DNA of 47,808 nucleotides from Candidatus Fiminaster equi (GTDB lineage Bacteria; Bacillota_I; Bacilli_A; RFN20; CAG-826): NCBI GenBank assembly GCA_018064745.1, contig JAGHUR010000004.1, positions 1 to 47,808 of the forward strand, read 5' to 3'. Shown piece by piece: positions 43,982 to 47,808 of this stretch (position 1 is its first letter; each line of letters starts with the position of its first letter). The notes under the pieces were generated by a model. It saw only the letters and a program-made list of their open reading frames with translations, ran no database searches and was not told where the DNA came from. The position numbers and the translations under genes were made by a program.

Positions 43982-44800
43982 TTACTTATCGTCCGTAGAT
44001 TTATCCGAAGCTTTTTCAGCTTCTTGTTTTTTCAAGAACTCTTCAACCGCTTGTTGTTTAATAAGTTCTTCTTCTGCTGCAGAGATTAAGCGTTTATCTT
44101 TATTTTTTGCTTTCTTGATAACAAGAACGAGATAAACAACTTCATAAGTTAAGAAACCTGCTAATGGAAGAATGATGAATAAAATGAATCCAAGGTGTTT
44201 TTCAATTGGTTCGCCTGGTTGAAGGAATGAAATAAATGAACCCATACCTGCAACACGTGAGCCTGTCCATACACCAATGATGTCATTGTCGATAATCTTG
44301 TATGGATCGACGCTATTGTTGTGATCACCCTTTGTGATGTACTCGTAGTGACCATCTGGTCTTGTTTCAATACTAATGATACGGTGAGTATTTAATTCAA
44401 GAGTTCCATCGGCATTAAGATCTTTCCAGAATGTGACTACACTGCCATATTCTTCAATCTTTGTTGGGTCAGTACTGCTGTAAACGGTTGGTTTAAGTTC
44501 AGAAATTGCTGCTTTTCTTTCTTCTTTGATTTTTGCATCTTCTGAAGTTCCGTCTGGGAGGATTTTAACGATAATTAAATCTCCAGCTTTGAAACCATGA
44601 TCCCCTTCCATGGATCCTGACTCAACTGTGAGCATTGCTTTTCCGCCAAATGTTGGAAATTTTGCAACACTACTTTGAGCTGTGAAAGCGAAAACTGTGA
44701 ATACTAAAGCGAAAACAAAGAAAATCCAGCAAACAATGTCGACGACAAGTTTTGCAATTCTCTTATTTGTCCACTTCTTGGTTTGTTTAGTAGCTTCCAT
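43982..44800 (-). CDS. Signal peptidase I, SipW/ER-type (S26B), copy 1
   Basis: 272 aa with an N-terminal TM, ESGSMEG (Ser box), NTHRII (His box), TKGDHNNSVDP and a C-terminal TM. SD AAAGGAG. Confidence 0.85.
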   Translation of the reverse strand: MEATKQTKKWTNKRIAKLVVDIVCWIFFVFALVFTVFAFTAQSSVAKFPTFGGKAMLTVESGSMEGDHGFKAGDLIIVKILPDGTSEDAKIKEERKAAISELKPTVYSSTDPTKIEEYGSVVTFWKDLNADGTLELNTHRIISIETRPDGHYEYITKGDHNNSVDPYKIIDNDIIGVWTGSRVAGMGSFISFLQPGEPIEKHLGFILFIILPLAGFLTYEVVYLVLVIKKAKNKDKRLISAAEEELIKQQAVEEFLKKQEAEKASDKSTDDK

Positions 44801-44869
44801 ATCTTTGTCTCCTTTTCAGCGATAGATTGCTGAGAGGTTATCCCAACAAAGTACCGAGAGCAGAATATT

Positions 44870-44933
44870 GCAACTGGCTGTCTTTTTGGGACCCTATAGT
44901 TTTGCGTCACGCGCTTTCGCGCGCTTTGCCAAA
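44870..44933 (-). promoter_or_regulatory. GEMM-I (c-di-GMP-I) riboswitch aptamer, copy 2
   Basis: Minus-strand RNA is UUUGGCAAAGCGCGCGAAAGCGCGUGACGCAAAACUAUAGGGUCCCAAAAAGACAGCCAGUUGC. The first hairpin has a GAAA tetraloop. The core is identical to copy 1 (GACGCAAAACUAUAGGGUC...AGCCAG.UGC). Confidence 0.82.
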
Positions 44934-44962
44934 TGTGTCTAATATATAATATTAGCGTTAAA

Positions 44963-44991
44963 AGTATACCATTACACGCGCGTATAGTCAA
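44963..44991 (-). promoter_or_regulatory. Sigma-A-like promoter driving riboswitch 2
   Basis: -35 TTGACT (44986-44991), 17-nt spacer, -10 TATACT (44963-44968). Confidence 0.6.
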
Positions 44992-45070
44992 AACAAAATA
45001 TAAAATATTCTTCAAAATTATATTTTAATTTTAAAGAAAAAGGCCTATTTTTTAGGTCATTTTTCCAACA

Positions 45071-45097
45071 AAAAACCCATGGTTTAAAACCATGGGT
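45071..45097 (-). terminator. Terminator of the riboswitch-3 operon
   Basis: CCCATGGTT-TAA-AACCATGGG followed by UUUUU, 32 nt after the stop at 45129. Confidence 0.8.
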
Positions 45098-45128
45098 GTG
45101 TTTGTATAATTTTAGGATGAAATTATAA

Positions 45129-45896
45129 TTATTCAGCTGATGATGAAGGAATTGTGAATGATAAATCAACAGTAAATGCATCACCTTTAATTGCATTTGA
45201 GTTCTTACATGCTGAATCCTTACCATCTAACCATGCGTAAACTTCAACTTTTTTAGGAGCATTTGCAGTTAAGGTAATTGTGGCTGTTCCTGATACTCTA
45301 CCATGTTCTGTTCCATCTGGATCTTTAACATAAAGTTGTGAAAATGAAATTGGATCTCCAACAACTGCTCCATCAACAACAAGAGCCACACGATATGCAG
45401 GGAAAATTTGTTCAGAAGATGCTGATTTCATGATTCCAGAAAATTCAACAGTTTGAGTTGGAGCTTCTGAACCTTGTGCAACAGATGCTTCAAATTTAAG
45501 GAATACTTCGTCATGATAATACTTATTAGATTCTTCCAAATAAGCTGCGGTTGGATAACCATCATCACCTTTTTCTCCAGTAAATTCGCCACTATCATTA
45601 ACTAAAGCTTTTGCTTCGCTTTTTAATCTCATAAATGAGTAAGATTCTGAAGCAAATGTTGCTTTTACTGGATCAAGGTAACCATCAGCACCACTAACAT
45701 CGTTGTATAATAATGTTGTGTTACTGTATGTACCATTTTCAACACTTGAAATAAGAAGTGATGAGTCAGCTTTTGCTTGAAGATTCATGCCAGTAGCTGT
45801 GACTGTTTTGTTTGCTGAGAACCAAGCATATGTTGAGGTTCCGAGTAAGGCTGCACCAAGAAGTGTCATGCCAATTGCAGGAATAAGTTTTTTCAT
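45129..45896 (-). CDS. 255-aa secreted protein with SipW-cognate signal; candidate TasA/camelysin-like fibre subunit
   Basis: The N-terminus is MKKLIPAIGMTLLGAALLGTSTYAWFSANKTVTATGMNLQAKA, resembling the (T/A)(F/Y)A(Y/W)FS signal class. The C-terminal block is VYAWLDGKDSACKNSNAIKGDAFTVDLSFT. Strong SD AAAGGAG. Confidence 0.75.
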   Translation of the reverse strand: MKKLIPAIGMTLLGAALLGTSTYAWFSANKTVTATGMNLQAKADSSLLISSVENGTYSNTTLLYNDVSGADGYLDPVKATFASESYSFMRLKSEAKALVNDSGEFTGEKGDDGYPTAAYLEESNKYYHDEVFLKFEASVAQGSEAPTQTVEFSGIMKSASSEQIFPAYRVALVVDGAVVGDPISFSQLYVKDPDGTEHGRVSGTATITLTANAPKKVEVYAWLDGKDSACKNSNAIKGDAFTVDLSFTIPSSSAE

Positions 45897-45972
45897 AATA
45901 TAATTTCTCCTTTCATTCCTAATTTATATTAATGTGATTAATCACAATTAATATCTTTTGCAATTTTGAAGT

Positions 45973-46734
45973 TTATTTTGTGGCCTCTCCGGCAACTGAA
46001 GTAACTTCGAACTTCATGTCAATTTTGAAGACTCCACCAATGATTTTATCGACGCAATCTTCATCATTTCCTTCTAACCAAATTGCGACTGTTTGTTTCA
46101 TTACATCGCCTGGTTTAAAGTCTTTTTGAACTTCGTAACAGATCATTCTTTCCTCGAGGAATGGTTTGCATTCTCTTGGATAAGTTTCTGGAACTGGATT
46201 CAAGTTTTCGTCTACAGATTTTGCTTTCGCGTAATCTGTTGAGACAGCCTTTCCGTTATTTAGACTTGTTATGTATCTAACGCGGACTGCCTTTTCAATC
46301 TCAAGTGTCATATTGACAATATTCATTGAGAATGAATAACTGAGTGTTTCTTTACCTGTGTTCTTACAATAGAATGTATAACAGATATAGTTTTCTCCAT
46401 TTTGTGCACCGTCGACTGAGCCAAGTGGCACGGTATCTAACAATCTTCCATCGATGTTTGTAATTTCTTTAGAGTCTTTACAATCAAGTCTGGCTGTTGG
46501 ATTAGCGAAGTCACTTCTTTCACAAAGTGATAGGCCATAGTCGAGGTTATGGAATTTGTTTACGGAAACTGTGAAACTTCCAAATCGTGTATATAGTAAG
46601 GATATTACGTACACGATTACTGTGAGAAGAGCGATACAGCCCATGATGATTGGAACAATCTTCTTTTCTTGTCTGTAGCGTTTAACTTCTCCAGCTTTTC
46701 TTTGTAACAAAGAAGTACCCTTTTTTAATCTCAT
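45973..46734 (-). CDS. 253-aa N-terminally membrane-anchored protein related to the fibre-subunit candidate
   Basis: A basic N-terminus is followed by a TM (IVPIIMGCIALLTVIVYVISLLY). The C-terminal block AIWLEGNDEDCVDKIIGGVFKIDMKFEV parallels that of the 255-aa protein. Its ATG overlaps the upstream stop (ATGA). Confidence 0.72.
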   Translation of the reverse strand: MRLKKGTSLLQRKAGEVKRYRQEKKIVPIIMGCIALLTVIVYVISLLYTRFGSFTVSVNKFHNLDYGLSLCERSDFANPTARLDCKDSKEITNIDGRLLDTVPLGSVDGAQNGENYICYTFYCKNTGKETLSYSFSMNIVNMTLEIEKAVRVRYITSLNNGKAVSTDYAKAKSVDENLNPVPETYPRECKPFLEERMICYEVQKDFKPGDVMKQTVAIWLEGNDEDCVDKIIGGVFKIDMKFEVTSVAGEATK

Positions 46735-47513
46735 TGATTTTCGGCCTCCTCTGCTACACTAATTGCAGCCTCTAGACTGATTGGATCTGTTCCTTCAAAC
46801 ATAAATCCAATAGCTTCTGAGTAATGCAATTCTTTTCTTTGTTCCTCTTTACCTTCAGCGATTGAGTTAACACCCATTGCTTTTATATAAGATAATAAGG
46901 AATTAAAGAGTTGCGGTTTATTTCTATCCCCGGCCCATTTTGTTGCTTCCTTGTCGATAATGGCAAGATCAACTGGAACTGAGACGAGTTTAGAAATCTT
47001 AGTGTCTTCCCTACCTACACCAACAAGTGCTGTACGTAGTTTGAGAATCTTCATGTCGAGAACAGCATATTTTGCTTTCTCAGCATCGGTATCAAGTAAG
47101 TTTTCTGTGAATTCCACACAAATCCTACTTGGATCGATTGAAGGATTCTTTTGAAGAACTTCTTTTACGAGATCATAGAGAGCACATTTCTCAATTAATT
47201 GAGCTGGGCATCTCACCGCTATGAAGTCGCACCTCTTGTGAGCTTTATCAAACTCCTTGAGGGAAGCTATAGCGTGCTGAATGTTGTGCTTAAATAGCTC
47301 AGTTCCACAGAGTCTATTGTCAGACACCGGTGTGTAGTCTTCTTGTTTCATGACACCCATAATAATCGAATTGATTGTTGTGGATGCTCTGAATGCAATG
47401 GCTTCAACACCATCAACAGGCACAATTGGGTAGAAGACAGGTTCGAGAGGTTTTAAGCCAGAATCGATTTGAAGTTTGACGTAATGATTAAACACTTGGT
47501 CTTTTTCTTCCAT
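46731..47513 (-). CDS. Stand-alone degenerate EAL-domain protein (candidate c-di-GMP receptor)
   Basis: 260 aa with the EAL layout: FYPIVP..GVEAIAFR, ICVEFTEN, IAEGKEE. The metal/catalytic boxes are degenerate: VRCP in place of the Asn box, LVGVGRED in place of DDFGTGYS, and no K-x-D. Confidence 0.72.
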   Translation of the reverse strand: MEEKDQVFNHYVKLQIDSGLKPLEPVFYPIVPVDGVEAIAFRASTTINSIIMGVMKQEDYTPVSDNRLCGTELFKHNIQHAIASLKEFDKAHKRCDFIAVRCPAQLIEKCALYDLVKEVLQKNPSIDPSRICVEFTENLLDTDAEKAKYAVLDMKILKLRTALVGVGREDTKISKLVSVPVDLAIIDKEATKWAGDRNKPQLFNSLLSYIKAMGVNSIAEGKEEQRKELHYSEAIGFMFEGTDPISLEAAISVAEEAENQ

Positions 47514-47554
47514 CTTTCTAACTCCTTTCCTTTCGTCTTTTGCCCCCTAGATAT

Positions 47555-47598
47555 AAAAAATCAGTTGCGAGGTCGGTTTCCCTAACCTATTGCAACTG
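47555..47598 (-). terminator. Expression-platform terminator of riboswitch 3
   Basis: RNA is CAGUUGC-AAU-AGGUUAGGGAAACCGACCU-C-GCAACUG followed by AUUUUUU. The 5' arm CAGUUGC is the conserved 3' end of the aptamer. Confidence 0.72.
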
Positions 47599-47654
47599 GC
47601 TGGCCATTTAGGCCCCTATAGCTTTGCGCCATACCCTTCCGGGTATTTTGCTAA
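47592..47654 (-). promoter_or_regulatory. GEMM-I (c-di-GMP-I) riboswitch aptamer, copy 3
   Basis: Minus-strand RNA is UUAGCAAAAUACCCGGAAGGGUAUGGCGCAAAGCUAUAGGGGCCUAAAUGGCCAGCCAGUUGC. The first hairpin has a GGAA tetraloop, followed by the GCGCAAAGC core and AGCCAGUUGC. Confidence 0.85.
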
Positions 47655-47689
47655 TATTCGCGCAACATTGTCGCGCTACTTCTGCCTTT

Positions 47690-47717
47690 ATTATATAAAT
47701 ACCTATAATTTTGTCAA
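47690..47717 (-). promoter_or_regulatory. Sigma-A-like promoter driving riboswitch 3
   Basis: -35 TTGACA (47712-47717), 16-nt spacer, -10 TATAAT (47690-47695). Confidence 0.6.
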
Positions 47718-47808
47718 TATTTTTTTAATAAATTTTATCGAATCGTTAAATAAAATTCTTATTTCCAAAATAAGGGAGATTAAATAGTTATTTCCATAAT
47801 GTTGTTAG

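Noticed and set aside
44704-45226. Minus-strand ORFs 44704-45015 and 44972-45226.
   Set aside because: They span the SipW start, riboswitch 2, its promoter and the unit-3 terminator. That sequence is better explained by those RNA/DNA elements.
47590-47787. Plus-strand 65-aa ORF at the right edge.
   Set aside because: It is antisense to riboswitch 3 and its promoter, and it has a TTG start with no SD.

Overview
AT-rich segment coded almost entirely on the minus strand, apparently from a low-GC Firmicutes/Mollicutes-like bacterium. It uses the standard genetic code: TGA terminates the ORFs ending at 14708, 30081 and 30815, and ORFs over 1,400 aa are intact. All family calls below come from motifs read by eye; no searches were run.

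- **Left half (1-25 kb), cell-surface genes:** a partial choloylglycine-hydrolase-family gene; a class II Fic gene bracketed by two copies of a 36-bp palindrome; tRNA-Ser plus an aberrant tRNA(CAU)-like gene; a 1547-aa InlB-B-repeat (Flg_new) surface protein with five tandem 216-222 bp coding repeats; two tandem paralogous lipoproteins; a Big_2/Flg_new adhesin split by a frameshift at an A5 tract; further lipoproteins; and a three-gene operon with two paralogous BspA-type LRR lipoproteins. Decayed mobile DNA is scattered here: a TnpB C-terminal remnant, an IS110 N-terminal stub and three copies of a hairpin element.
- **Middle (25-30.8 kb), accessory islet:** an IS200/IS605 element with intact tnpB and a tnpA interrupted by one in-frame TGA; a tight GNAT / pRiA4b-ORF3-like / DUF4143-type ATPase cassette; tRNA-Met and tRNA-Ala; and a PIN/antitoxin pair.
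- **Right third (30.8-47.7 kb), the standout:** three co-oriented operons, each with a sigma-A-like promoter followed by a GEMM-I (c-di-GMP-I) riboswitch-like leader. Together they encode two SipW-type (ER-type) signal peptidases, four proteins with SipW/TasA/camelysin-style N-termini or C-terminal blocks (including a 1062-aa adhesin), a degenerate-EAL protein, and a degenerate-GGDEF/intact-EAL phosphodiesterase. They also encode an unusual pair: a membrane-anchored McrB-family AAA+ protein and a 1417-aa cytoplasmic protein with a McrC/DUF2357-like N-terminus, no recognisable nuclease, five ~145-aa repeats and an acidic tail. I interpret this as a c-di-GMP-switched extracellular fibre/adhesin system with a co-opted McrBC-like motor. 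I do not recognise this combination as a described system.
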